Assembly (NCBI GenBank): GCA_963718525.1
Contig: OY970355.1
Location: 288,001-352,000, forward strand
Reading direction: 5' to 3'
DNA: 64,000 bases
Source of the DNA: Candidatus Dormiibacterota bacterium
GTDB taxonomy: Bacteria > Chloroflexota > Dormibacteria > Aeolococcales > Aeolococcaceae
This document shows, piece after piece, positions 20,183-30,180 of the stretch. Made by a program: the position numbers and the translations under genes. The first letter of the stretch is position 1. Every line of letters starts with the position of its first letter. Under the pieces are notes generated by a model. That model saw only the letters and a list, made by a program, of their open reading frames with translations, did not search any database and had not been told where the DNA came from.

Positions 20183-21328
20183 ATGACGACACGTCTCCTC
20201 CATCTTGCCGACCTCCACCTCGACCGGGTGTTCGCCGCCATGGGCTGTCAGGGGGAGCTCGCCCGGCGACGCCGTCAGGGGCTCCGCGATGCGCTCACAA
20301 GTGCCGGCCGTCTGGCCTTTGAACAGGGCTGCGTGGCGGTCACGATCGCGGGCGACCTCTATGAGCACGAGCGCGCAGGCGTCGACACCGGCCGGTTCCT
20401 CGCCGACACCTTCGCTTCCTGGCAGCCGATGCGGGTCCTCATCGCCCCGGGAAATCATGACGCGCTGCTCCCAGGGTCGCTCTACCGGCGCGTCGAATGG
20501 CCCTCCAACGTCACCGTGTTCGCGAGCACGCACCTCGAGCCAGTGGAACTCGTCGACGGAGTCACTGTCTGGGGGCTCGCCCACCGTGAACCGGCCTGGC
20601 AGGGGGACCCACTCTCCGGTGCGTTCGCCACCACCGGGCCCGGCGTGCATCTCGCGCTGTTCCATGGCGCCGAGCTCGGGTCGCGGCCGGAGGGAAAGTC
20701 GATCCACGGTCCATTTCATGCGGAGCGAATCCGGGCTGCCGGGTTCGCTGCGGCGCTCTGCGGCCACTACCACCGCCGCCGTCTCGACTCGTCGTCGGGG
20801 CTCCTCTATCCCGGGACCCCGGAACCGCTGAGCTTCGACGACGAAGGTGGGCGCGGCCCCGTGGTCGTCGAGATCACCGATCGGGGTGACGTCCGCTTCG
20901 TCGCTCACGACACCAATCGGTGGTCCGTCTTCACCGTGCAGTGCGACGCCGGCGAGTGCGGCTCCGTGGAGTCAGTGATCGACGAGGTGACGATGCACTG
21001 CGCGGCAACGGGCTTCAGCGACCCGGAGCGCACCATGATTCGCATCGAGCTCAGCGGGACGATCAACTCGGCGGTTTCACTCGACGCATTCACAGTGGAG
21101 CTGGCGGTGCGCGAACGCCTCAACCTCGCGACCGTCAAGGTGCGCGATCGCACATCGCCGTACATCGATCTCGAATCCGCACTGCTTGAGGAGAGCACCC
21201 GCGGCGCCTTCGTCCGCGCGGCGACCGCCGCGGCACAGGACGCGGATCCGGACGAAGCGCTGGTGCTGGAGGACGCCCTCCGCTACGGGCTGATGGCCCT
21301 CTCGGGTGCCGAGGTCGGATTGCGATGA
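20183..21328 (+). CDS. SbcD/Mre11-like (YhaO) DNA repair metallophosphoesterase
   Basis: ADLHL, AGDLY, PGNHD, GHYH, YPGTPE. Confidence 0.9.
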   Translation: MTTRLLHLADLHLDRVFAAMGCQGELARRRRQGLRDALTSAGRLAFEQGCVAVTIAGDLYEHERAGVDTGRFLADTFASWQPMRVLIAPGNHDALLPGSLYRRVEWPSNVTVFASTHLEPVELVDGVTVWGLAHREPAWQGDPLSGAFATTGPGVHLALFHGAELGSRPEGKSIHGPFHAERIRAAGFAAALCGHYHRRRLDSSSGLLYPGTPEPLSFDDEGGRGPVVVEITDRGDVRFVAHDTNRWSVFTVQCDAGECGSVESVIDEVTMHCAATGFSDPERTMIRIELSGTINSAVSLDAFTVELAVRERLNLATVKVRDRTSPYIDLESALLEESTRGAFVRAATAAAQDADPDEALVLEDALRYGLMALSGAEVGLR

Positions 21329-24177
21329 TCCTCGAGCGGCTCGAGATCGCCGGCTTCGGCTGCCTGCAGGACGTCACCACCGACCTGCACCCGCGAGTCA
21401 CCGTCGTCGCAGGTCGGAATGAATCCGGCAAGTCGACCCTGCTGCGTGCGGTGCGCGGTGCGCTGTACGGCGTCGACGGCGGCGGCCAGGGTCGCCCGGT
21501 CGATCGCAGCGATTGGGCGCGGTACGAACCCTGGACTCGAGGTGGCTACGGGCTCGCGCTCACCTACAAGCTCGATGACGGGCGCCGCATCCGCGTGGCC
21601 CGTCGCCTCGACACGCGCGAGCAGTCGGTGCAGGTCCTGGAACTCGGGGGCTCGGAACTGACCGACGAGTTGCGCAGCGGACGCGCGGTGACACCCGGCC
21701 GCTTTCACCTCGGGATCGACGAGGCAGTGTTCTGCGCAACCGCATGGCTCGGCGACGACGGGCTGCGCATCGACGCGCCCGAGAGCGCGCGTCAGCGCGC
21801 CGGCCAGCTCCAGGAGGCGATCGAGCGGCTGGCGGACACGCGCCGAGGCGTGACCGCGGCCCAGGCGCTGGTTCGCATCCGCGAGGCGATGGATCGTGTC
21901 GGATCCGAGCGGCGTGTCACCAGTCCACTCGGCGTCGCCACCGCGCGGCTTCGAACCCTGGACCGCACCCTCGCGGACGCTCGCACCAGGCTCGCGGCAG
22001 TCGCCGTTGAACAGGAGCGCCTCGCTGCGCTGGACGCAACGCTGGTCGCGGAGACGGACCGCTGGATTGCCGTCGAGCGCCAGCGGCTGGTGGGCCGGCT
22101 GGCCGACGTCGCCGACCGTCGTGTGCGCCTTGCCGACATGGTCCGGGAGGCCAGGGTTCAGGCTGTGGAGGTCGAGTCGACCGCTGGATACGCGAAATTC
22201 CCTCTCGACGCCGAGGCCGAGGTGACCGCGCTCGGCGGGGAGCTCGCTCAGGCGAAGTCGAACGCGGCAGGCGCCGAGGCGCGATGGCGGGCGGCGGTCG
22301 AACGGCTGCGCCCGATCCGCTCCAGGCGCGACGAGATCGCGGCCGGCGTCACCGCGATCGGGCTGGATGGTGAGCTCGACGCCGCCGTCGGTGAGCGCTC
22401 GCAGCGCCTTCGTGGCGAGCTGATCGCGGTCGCGAGTTCGTCTCGGCGCACCACCGGCGACGACGCTCGCGAGGCTGCGCTTCGCCGCGAGATCGCGGCG
22501 ACCGGGCTGCGCACGCTGCCCGCTGAGGTGATCGACGATTTGCTTCCCGAGCTCGAGGCGGCAGGGCGCGGGGGCCATGGCTTCGGCGTCGCGGCCGTCC
22601 TCGTCGCAGGAGTCGCGGCAGCGGCGGCCGCCGGACTGCTGCGTGCGCACTCTGTTGTCGCGGCGATCGTGGTGGGGCTGGCGGGCGGGATCGCAGCCGC
22701 CGCGTGCGCATGGCGTGCGTGGCTTCGGTCGAGGTCGGCTTCCAGAGCACGCGCGGCAGCGAACGAGCTGGCCCTGGACGCAGGGCTCGACCCCTCGGAG
22801 CTGGCTCGCCTGCAGAGCCGACTTCCGGTGCTGCGCACGCTCCACCAGGCGCTCGACGCGGCGGAGCACAGCACCTCCCGCCGCCGTGCGGACGCTGAGG
22901 CGCTGCAGGTCACGCTCGCGTCGGTGCTCGATCGGTGCCGCTCGCTGGCGGCCGAGTCCGGCCTTCTCGAGTCCACACCTGGATCCGCGGCGATACCTGA
23001 AGCCGTGATCTCGAGCGCGCAGCACATCCTCGATCGCATCGACGCGGTGGTGCTCAGGGCCCGCCGTCGCGATGAGCTGCTCGCTGAGGACGCGGTGCTC
23101 GCCGCCGAGGAATCCGCCTGCGCGCAGTCGAGCGAGGACGTCGACCGCTCACGCCGTGCGGTCGTGAACCTCGAGACGCGTCTGCGCACGATCGTCAAGG
23201 CTGCGGGCATACGCATGCCCGAAGGTGACCCGGGTGCAGCCGTGACCGGCATCCGCCAGGCGTGCGACGCACGGCGCCGCCACGACGCTGCCCGGCGCAG
23301 GCTGGATGACCTCCAGCGATCCGTTCGCGCTCTCGGCGACGCGCCGACACTCGAGAGCCTGGAGACGGGGCTTGCGGAGCAACTGATGCAGTGCGGCGGC
23401 GATCCAAGCCAGGCGCTCGCGGCATCGCCGCCCGACGCCGCAGCGCTGCAGACGCTCGACCTCGAGGCGGAACGAGCGCGGCGCGCGGCGACGTCGGCGG
23501 GGGAGCAGGCCCGCGAGTTGCGCGCACGACTCGGTGGGGTGCTCGACACTCTTCCGGCTGTGGCGGACCTCGAGGACGAGCGTGATGCTTGTGAAACGGC
23601 TCGCGATCGCGGGCTGCGACAGCTCAAGGCACTGCAGCGTGCCGCAGAGCTGATCGAAGCGGCTTCACGCGTCACCCACCGCGAGCTTGCCCCCCGCCTC
23701 GCCGGCTCTCTGGGAAGCCGCCTGAGCCTGCTCACGGGCGCGCGCTACGTCGAGGTGAACGTCGACACCGACCATTTCGCGCTCGGCCTGCTCGGCCGCG
23801 AACGGCCCGACATGGTGCCGCTCGATGCGGTGTCGCATGGCACCCGTGACCAGGTGGCGCTGCTGCTCCGGCTGGCGCTCTGCGAGGTGCTGGGCGGTGG
23901 AGGTGAGCGGACACCACTGCTGCTGGACGAGCCGCTGCTCACCTCAGACCCGCTCCGGCGCGACACGTTCATCGAGTTCTTGCACGATCTGTCTGCAACG
24001 CACCAGGTTCTGCTGAGCACCGCCGACCCCGCAATGGTGGAGGCGGTCACGCGAGTCACCGCCGGCGACTGCTCCGTCGTGCGTCTCGCGGATCCGCCGG
24101 TGCTCGACGTCATCGGGGACGCACACTCGCTCGGGCGCCACAGCGCCCGCATGCGCCTGCTCGCAGGTCAGGGCTGA
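21325..24177 (+). CDS. SbcC/Rad50-like (YhaN) coiled-coil AAA ATPase
   Basis: GRNESGKST Walker A, long coiled coil with central hydrophobic hairpin, SHGTRDQ signature, LLLDEP Walker B. Confidence 0.88.
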   Translation: MILERLEIAGFGCLQDVTTDLHPRVTVVAGRNESGKSTLLRAVRGALYGVDGGGQGRPVDRSDWARYEPWTRGGYGLALTYKLDDGRRIRVARRLDTREQSVQVLELGGSELTDELRSGRAVTPGRFHLGIDEAVFCATAWLGDDGLRIDAPESARQRAGQLQEAIERLADTRRGVTAAQALVRIREAMDRVGSERRVTSPLGVATARLRTLDRTLADARTRLAAVAVEQERLAALDATLVAETDRWIAVERQRLVGRLADVADRRVRLADMVREARVQAVEVESTAGYAKFPLDAEAEVTALGGELAQAKSNAAGAEARWRAAVERLRPIRSRRDEIAAGVTAIGLDGELDAAVGERSQRLRGELIAVASSSRRTTGDDAREAALRREIAATGLRTLPAEVIDDLLPELEAAGRGGHGFGVAAVLVAGVAAAAAAGLLRAHSVVAAIVVGLAGGIAAAACAWRAWLRSRSASRARAAANELALDAGLDPSELARLQSRLPVLRTLHQALDAAEHSTSRRRADAEALQVTLASVLDRCRSLAAESGLLESTPGSAAIPEAVISSAQHILDRIDAVVLRARRRDELLAEDAVLAAEESACAQSSEDVDRSRRAVVNLETRLRTIVKAAGIRMPEGDPGAAVTGIRQACDARRRHDAARRRLDDLQRSVRALGDAPTLESLETGLAEQLMQCGGDPSQALAASPPDAAALQTLDLEAERARRAATSAGEQARELRARLGGVLDTLPAVADLEDERDACETARDRGLRQLKALQRAAELIEAASRVTHRELAPRLAGSLGSRLSLLTGARYVEVNVDTDHFALGLLGRERPDMVPLDAVSHGTRDQVALLLRLALCEVLGGGGERTPLLLDEPLLTSDPLRRDTFIEFLHDLSATHQVLLSTADPAMVEAVTRVTAGDCSVVRLADPPVLDVIGDAHSLGRHSARMRLLAGQG

Positions 24178-24210
24178 CCCTCGGCGCCGTCTGAGCGCCG
24201 GAACCGCGAG

Positions 24211-25413
24211 TTAGAGCGCTTTGGCGATACGCACCAGGCCGTCGAGCTCGGACACCTCCTCGCTGAACAGCGGCAACCGTGCGACCGGGACCTCACCCAG
24301 CTTGCCCAACTTCACGAGCTGCCGAGCTTCGCGCTGCGCGAGCGCGTGACGGTTGAGGAACGTCCTGCCGACGAACTGTGCGGTGTCCGCGGAGACGCGG
24401 ACGTGGAATGCATCGGACAGCCAAGCGGTCACCTTTGGATCCTCAATCAGGGTCGTTGCGGCCGCAACGCCTCCGGCATCGCGAAAGATATCGGGCAGGA
24501 CACGATTCACCACCATCGCGCGCAGCGGCATCTTGAACTCACGCAGCTTCGCGCAGAAGAACTCGGCCTCCGCGAAAGGGCCCGGTTCGAGTGTCGTCAC
24601 CACGACGAACCCGGTCTGCGGGCTGCGCAAGAGCCGGTAGACCGAACGCGCCCTTTCCTGGATGCCGTCATAGAGCAGCTGCAGCTGCTGCACGAAATCC
24701 GACACCTGCGCGAGCACCTCGGCACCGAGCAGCCGGTCGGCGAGGCGGAGAAAGGGAGTCGCCGCGTAATTCATCGCTCGGAAGCCGAAACGTGATGGGC
24801 CACCTGACAGCAGCGAGAGGAGGCGCGAGCCCACGTAGTCGGTGAGGCGGGTTGGAGCTTCCAGAAAATCGAGCGCGTTGCGAGACGGCGGCGTGTCGAC
24901 GACGATGCAGTCGTACTCCCGCGCGTCGTGGAGCTCGTACAGCGCCTCGATCGCGGCATACTCGTGCGATCCGACAAACGAATCGGTGATGCGCTGGTAG
25001 AGCGGGTTGCGAAGAATCCGCCTCGCTGTCGCGGGGTCGGGCGAGTAGCGCTCGATCATCCGGTCCCACGCCTGCTTCATGTCGAGCATCGCTGCCTCGA
25101 CCTCGCCGGTGATGGTCATCCCGGCTCGGCGAAGCCGTGCCTTAGGGATGCGCACCGGCTCCGCGCCGATCCCCTGGATGCCCAGCGCTGTCGCCAGGCG
25201 CCTCGCCGGGTCCACCGTCAGCACCAACACGCGTTTGTCTTCCGCTGCCGCGATTGCCAGACCAAGCGCGGCGCTCACCGTTGTCTTGCCGACGCCCCCG
25301 CTGCCGCAGCAGATGACGACCTCGAGCGAAGCGAGGCTGCGACCGAGTCCGGAGGCTTCGCCACGAGCGCTCCTGCGCCGGTCGGGAATGTTGGAGGGGT
25401 CGCCGGCGCTCAT
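24211..25413 (-). CDS. ArsA/Get3-like anion-transporting ATPase (Rv3680-like)
   Basis: CCGSGGVGKTT, TVDPARRLA, DTPPSRNALDFLEAP. Confidence 0.9.
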   Translation of the reverse strand: MSAGDPSNIPDRRRSARGEASGLGRSLASLEVVICCGSGGVGKTTVSAALGLAIAAAEDKRVLVLTVDPARRLATALGIQGIGAEPVRIPKARLRRAGMTITGEVEAAMLDMKQAWDRMIERYSPDPATARRILRNPLYQRITDSFVGSHEYAAIEALYELHDAREYDCIVVDTPPSRNALDFLEAPTRLTDYVGSRLLSLLSGGPSRFGFRAMNYAATPFLRLADRLLGAEVLAQVSDFVQQLQLLYDGIQERARSVYRLLRSPQTGFVVVTTLEPGPFAEAEFFCAKLREFKMPLRAMVVNRVLPDIFRDAGGVAAATTLIEDPKVTAWLSDAFHVRVSADTAQFVGRTFLNRHALAQREARQLVKLGKLGEVPVARLPLFSEEVSELDGLVRIAKAL

Positions 25414-26447
25414 GCCAATCTGCCGCTGAGCGCTTCCGCGACGGCTCGGGTCGTGGTCAGCCCGGTCCGATCGACGATGAAGGGCACTGGAACCACGGGC
25501 ATCGGGAGCTTGCCCCGGAGCTGGCGCATGTACCTCGTCGTGGTGTCGTGCAGGTGGGCCTGAAGGTCGATACCGGCCGCGAGCGGCACCGGGGATCCAC
25601 CCAGGCGTTGGGCCACCGCGTCGGCGTGCTCCGGGTCCATCAGCGCGGCCATCAGCCGTCGGTGCGCCGCCGTCACGGGCTCATCCACCGCCCGGTTCAG
25701 GAGGCAGAGGTCGACCGCCACACCGGACCGCTTGCGCAGACGATCGTTGAGCTCGATCGCCTCGATCACCGGCATCTCCTCGGGAAGCGCGCAGAGGACG
25801 ACGGTCGTCCGGCGCGAATCCCGGATGAGCGAATCGATCCACTCCACCTGGGCACGGATCAGGCCGCCTTTGACGAGGCTGAGCATCGCCTTCGGGGCGG
25901 CGAGGTGCGATTCCACCTGGCCGCCCGCGGCGCAGTCGACCAGGATGAGATCCCAGACCGGCGACAACTCCGTGTCCCTGCGGCGCTCCTCGTACGCGAT
26001 CTTGCCGACAACGAGCATGTCCCGCGGACCCGGGACGCCGGTTGCGATGAAATCGAAGATCCGCGCGAGCGGCGTCAGGCGAGTGACGCGTGGGACCTTG
26101 AAGTAGATGTGCAGGTATTCCTGAAACGACTCGTCGGTGCGGAGCTCGAGGACCGAAAGGTTGTGCTGGACCACTCGAGGTGCGAACCCTGCCGGTGGAG
26201 ATCCAAGCGCCGCGGCGAGATCACCCTTGGCGTCGACATCGATGGCGAGGACGCGCTTGCCGGCTCGGGCTCCGATGAGCGCGAGCGCGGCGGTCATGGT
26301 GCTGCGGCCGGTGCCTCCCTTGCCCGCAACAAAGATGACCCGCCGCGCGAGCAGCGTGGCGAGCTCGATCCGTTCCCCGGCGATCGCGCGCCTAACCGCC
26401 GTTGACGATCTCCAGGACCTCTGCGGCGTGCCCGCTGGGCTTGACAT
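25410..26447 (-). CDS. ArsA/Get3-like ATPase partner (Rv3679-like); start uncertain
   Basis: VAGKGGTGRST, LPEEMPVIE; tandem with the other ArsA-like gene. Confidence 0.85.
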   Translation of the reverse strand: MSSPAGTPQRSWRSSTAVRRAIAGERIELATLLARRVIFVAGKGGTGRSTMTAALALIGARAGKRVLAIDVDAKGDLAAALGSPPAGFAPRVVQHNLSVLELRTDESFQEYLHIYFKVPRVTRLTPLARIFDFIATGVPGPRDMLVVGKIAYEERRRDTELSPVWDLILVDCAAGGQVESHLAAPKAMLSLVKGGLIRAQVEWIDSLIRDSRRTTVVLCALPEEMPVIEAIELNDRLRKRSGVAVDLCLLNRAVDEPVTAAHRRLMAALMDPEHADAVAQRLGGSPVPLAAGIDLQAHLHDTTTRYMRQLRGKLPMPVVPVPFIVDRTGLTTTRAVAEALSGRLA

Positions 26448-26850
26448 CCCGCCACTCGCGCTCGATGGTCCCGTCCGGCCCGATCAGGAGGGTCGTGCGC
26501 GCCACCCCCATGTACTCGCGACCCATGAACTTCTTCTCGACCCAGAGGCCCTGGGACTCGATGAGGCGCCGCTCCGGGTCGCTGATCAACGGGATGCCCA
26601 GCGAGCACTTCTTGATGAATCGCTGGTGGCTCTTCGATGTGTCCGGAGACACCCCGTAGACGGTGACACCGGCCGCGGCGAATGCCTCGTTGAGGCGTGT
26701 GAACTCCTGGCCCTCGAGCGTGCAGCCGGGCGTGTCGTCCTTGGGATAGAAGTACAGCACGGTACGGCGCCCCTCGAAGTCTGTGTTGCTCACGCGCCCA
26801 CCATCGCTCGTCTCGAGATCGAAGTCAGGGAGTCGCGTCCCGACGGTCAT
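26392..26850 (-). CDS. bcp: thioredoxin-dependent peroxiredoxin Bcp
   Basis: YFYPKDDTPGCT, GVSPD, RTTLLIGPDG. Confidence 0.93.
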   Translation of the reverse strand: MTVGTRLPDFDLETSDGGRVSNTDFEGRRTVLYFYPKDDTPGCTLEGQEFTRLNEAFAAAGVTVYGVSPDTSKSHQRFIKKCSLGIPLISDPERRLIESQGLWVEKKFMGREYMGVARTTLLIGPDGTIEREWRDVKPSGHAAEVLEIVNGG

Positions 26851-26960
26851 TGGTGCCGGTTCCTCCGTGCGCAGCCACAGTGGTCGCCAAGTGTAGGTGA
26901 GCGCCAGCGGGCGAGCGCGCCGCCTCCTGACGACCTGCGCGCCGTCCCTATACTCGGGCC

Positions 26961-27365
26961 GTGCCCTCGAACTCCCGTCCTGGTGCGGCAGCGACCAACA
27001 AGGCTGCGCCGGCGCGACGGACGGCACCCGATCCCTCCCAGCCGCGCCCGGTACCGACGCTGCTCCGCTACATCTCCTGCGGGCTGCTGTCGCTCGCCGG
27101 CGGTGCAGCGTGGCGGTTCACCCTCTCGCCGAACGCGGTCGGGATCGTCTCCGCGTTCGCCGGGATCTTCTTCCTGCTCCTGGGATTTCTCATCGGCGGG
27201 ATCTTCTGGTACCTGCACGACCTTCGCGTCCGCAAGCGTGCGCCAGAGCTGATGCCCGACGAGCGGCTCGTCTTCTCGTTCGTGGTCTTCGTGATGATGC
27301 CGTTCGCGGTGCTCGCGCTCATCGGCGTGATCTGGCTGCTCTCACTCCTGGTCGGGGTGCACTGA
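26961..27365 (+). CDS. hypothetical membrane protein (3 TM)
   Basis: Hydrophobic segments; coding-like GC3. Confidence 0.6.
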   Translation: MPSNSRPGAAATNKAAPARRTAPDPSQPRPVPTLLRYISCGLLSLAGGAAWRFTLSPNAVGIVSAFAGIFFLLLGFLIGGIFWYLHDLRVRKRAPELMPDERLVFSFVVFVMMPFAVLALIGVIWLLSLLVGVH

Positions 27366-27393
27366 GCGGGTCATCGCGTCGAGCCGGCGATCC

Positions 27394-28197
27394 TCAGTTG
27401 AGGAAGGCGCGAAGCCGTCCTGCGACCTCGATCATCGCGGTTCGATCAGGACACGTTTCCGAAGCCTCATCGAGATATGCGTTGATGTCGTTGAGCGCGG
27501 CTACGATCTTGCCCATCCGCCACAGGAGCAGCCCGCGGTCGCGGCGCTCACCGGGCGAGGGCACCAGGTCGACGCACCGGTCGGCCGCTCGCAGCGCCTG
27601 GTCCCAGCATTCGAGGCTCGTATAGCAGCGGCGCAGGTTGCGCGACATGCGCGCAAGCATGTCCCGTGCGCTCGCCCGAGCCACCTGGGCCGGCTCGAGG
27701 CGTTCGATCTCCTGTCCGGTCGACGTCGTCACGAGGCGTTTGACGTCATCCTCATCGAGTGGCTCACCGCTGGCGATGGTGTCGAAGAGATGGCCGTCGA
27801 CGCGGACCACGAAGTGCCCGGGAAGGTTCACCCCCTCCACCGGAATCTCAGCCCGTGCACCCACGGCGATCCAGATGGCCGAGCAGGCGATCGGAACCCC
27901 CGCCCCGCGTTCGAGGACGGTGTGCAGGTAGTGAGCGCGAGGGTCGCCACCTCCCGCGCCTCTCAAGCGCAGACGATCGCGCAGCAGGGCGCCGACGAGC
28001 GGCGCGTCGGACGGCCCGCACCCGCGCAACCCGCAACGCGAGCGCAGCTCGCTGGCGAGCTCGTCGAGACGCTCCAGCCAGCGCTCCGGTTCCACGCCCG
28101 GGCAGTCGTCAGCGGCGAGCCAGAGTGCCCCCTCGGCGATATCGCCGTCGCGTTCGGCGCATTCCAGCACCGCCTCGCGCGGCTCCAGTCCCTGCAT
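27394..28197 (-). CDS. SirB1/transglutaminase-like core protein with TPR
   Basis: LHTVLERGAGVPI, GVNLPGHF, RMSRNL, ERRDRGLL. Confidence 0.85.
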   Translation of the reverse strand: MQGLEPREAVLECAERDGDIAEGALWLAADDCPGVEPERWLERLDELASELRSRCGLRGCGPSDAPLVGALLRDRLRLRGAGGGDPRAHYLHTVLERGAGVPIACSAIWIAVGARAEIPVEGVNLPGHFVVRVDGHLFDTIASGEPLDEDDVKRLVTTSTGQEIERLEPAQVARASARDMLARMSRNLRRCYTSLECWDQALRAADRCVDLVPSPGERRDRGLLLWRMGKIVAALNDINAYLDEASETCPDRTAMIEVAGRLRAFLN

Positions 28198-28280
28198 GGC
28201 CGGTAATCATGCTCCGCGACCCACGCGTGTGGGCCTTCCACGAGGCAGCCCAGCCGGGTCGGCTCCACTAGACTGACCTT

Positions 28281-30155
28281 GTGCTGCTGGAGGAGATCGC
28301 CGGTCCGGACGACCTTCGTGGGCTCGGCCCTGAAGATTTGACCCGCCTGTGCGCCGAGATTCGCGAGGAGTTGATCGGCGCCGTGTCGCGCACCGGCGGG
28401 CACCTCGGACCCAACCTCGGCGTCGTGGAGCTCACGGTCGCAATGCACCGCGTGTTCGACAGCCCGCGCGACGCGATCATCTTCGACACCGGCCATCAGG
28501 CATATGTCCACAAGATGCTCACCGGCCGGCTCGGCCTGTTCGACACGCTCCGGCAGCAGGGCGGGCTCAGCGGCTACCCGTCGCGGCGCGAGTCCGAGCA
28601 CGATCTGATCGAGAACTCGCACGCCTCCACCGGGCTCAGCTACGCGCTCGGATTCGCAACCGCCCGCGAGTTGCGCGGCGAAACCGGCAAGGTGGTCTGC
28701 GTCGTCGGCGACGGTGCGCTCACCGGCGGCATGGCGTACGAAGCGCTGAACAACATCGGCCAGCTGAAGCCCGAGATGGTGATCATCCTCAACGACAACG
28801 GCCGCAGCTACGCACCGACGGTTGGCGGGATCGCGGAGAACCTGGGCCATCTCCGTCTCTCACCGCGATACGAGGCGGCGAAGGATGCCGCCGGCACGGC
28901 GCTGCGCTCGCTCCCCGCAGTCGGGCACTCCGCGTACGAGACGGCGCGGCGCATGAAGAACTCTCTCAAGCAGCTCGTGGCGCCGATCTCGATCTTCGAG
29001 ACACTCGGACTCAAGTACGGTGGTCCCATCGACGGGCATGATCTCCAGGCCGTCGAGAAGGCGCTCCGCGATGCCTCCCGCATCCGCGGTCCCGTGGTCG
29101 TTCACATCGTCACCAACAAGGGCCAGGGATACGGCCCTGCTGTTGCTGACAAAGTTGACAAATTCCATGGAGTCTCGACATTCGATCCGGACAGTGGCAC
29201 GGCGCTCAAGAAGGGTCTCGACTGGACCGACGTCTTCGGCCAAGCGCTGTGCGAAGCGGCGGAGAAAGATGAGCGGATTGTCGCCATCACCGCCGCGATG
29301 GCATCCTCCACCGGGCTTCTCGACTTCTCGCAGCGCTTTCCAGATCGCTTTTTCGACGTCGGCATCGCCGAGCAGCATGCCGTCACGTTCGCGGCGGGAC
29401 TGGCGATGCGCGGCCTGCGCCCGGTGGTCTGCATTTACTCGACCTTCCTGCAACGCGCGTTCGACCAGGTCGCGTGCGACGTCGCGTTGCACCGGCTGCC
29501 CGTCATCTTCGTCATCGACCGCGCCGGCATCACCGGCGCTGATGGACCATCGCATCACGGCATTCTCGATCTCGCCTACCTGCGCTGCATTCCCGGGATG
29601 ACGGTTTCGGCGCCGAGCTCTCCGGACGAGTTGCGCCGGATGTTCGCGACCGCGCTCGCGTCGGAAGGGCCGTTCTCGCTTCGTTTCCCACGCGGCGCGG
29701 CGCCATCGGCGAGTACGGAGCCGCTCGAGGCCGTCCCGGTACCGAGCATCGTCATTCAGCAGCGCGGGCGGGACCTGGCGCTCTTCGCAGTCGGCAAGAT
29801 GGTCGCCGTCGCAATGCAGGCCCAGGAGAAGCTGAAGGGAGATGGGATCTCGACGACCGTGGTCGATGCGCGGTTCGTCAAGCCGCTGGCGCCGGAGCTC
29901 GCTGCGATCGCCGCGCGCCATCGTGCGGTCATCACCATCGAAGATGGCGTCGCGAGTGGCGGCTTCGGATCCGCAGTGACGGACTTGCTCGCCGCGGACG
30001 GCGTCATGGTGCCGATCGTGCGGATGGGCCTCCCCGACCAGTTCATCGAGCATGGGGCGCAGGCGGCGCTGCTCGGGCAGTTCGGCCTCGACGCGGACGG
30101 CATCGTGGCCACCGCACTCACGTTGCTGCCCGCGACCGAGGTGCTCGCGGGCTGA
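28281..30155 (+). CDS. dxs: 1-deoxy-D-xylulose-5-phosphate synthase
   Basis: GGHLGPNLG, DTGHQAY, GDGALTGG, DVGIAEQHA, IYSTFLQRAFDQ. Confidence 0.97.
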   Translation: MLLEEIAGPDDLRGLGPEDLTRLCAEIREELIGAVSRTGGHLGPNLGVVELTVAMHRVFDSPRDAIIFDTGHQAYVHKMLTGRLGLFDTLRQQGGLSGYPSRRESEHDLIENSHASTGLSYALGFATARELRGETGKVVCVVGDGALTGGMAYEALNNIGQLKPEMVIILNDNGRSYAPTVGGIAENLGHLRLSPRYEAAKDAAGTALRSLPAVGHSAYETARRMKNSLKQLVAPISIFETLGLKYGGPIDGHDLQAVEKALRDASRIRGPVVVHIVTNKGQGYGPAVADKVDKFHGVSTFDPDSGTALKKGLDWTDVFGQALCEAAEKDERIVAITAAMASSTGLLDFSQRFPDRFFDVGIAEQHAVTFAAGLAMRGLRPVVCIYSTFLQRAFDQVACDVALHRLPVIFVIDRAGITGADGPSHHGILDLAYLRCIPGMTVSAPSSPDELRRMFATALASEGPFSLRFPRGAAPSASTEPLEAVPVPSIVIQQRGRDLALFAVGKMVAVAMQAQEKLKGDGISTTVVDARFVKPLAPELAAIAARHRAVITIEDGVASGGFGSAVTDLLAADGVMVPIVRMGLPDQFIEHGAQAALLGQFGLDADGIVATALTLLPATEVLAG

Positions 30156-30180
30156 CCGCTCCCTGGAGCGGCGCGACACC

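Noticed and set aside
21283-23735. Long antisense ORFs (e.g. 580 aa and 495 aa) and similar shadow ORFs across the window
   Set aside because: Expected in high-GC DNA opposite real genes; Arg/Ala/Ser-rich with no motifs
20183-24177. Nuclease-ATPase pair as a novel defence system
   Set aside because: Matches the widespread YhaO/YhaN (SbcCD-like) arrangement in a housekeeping context
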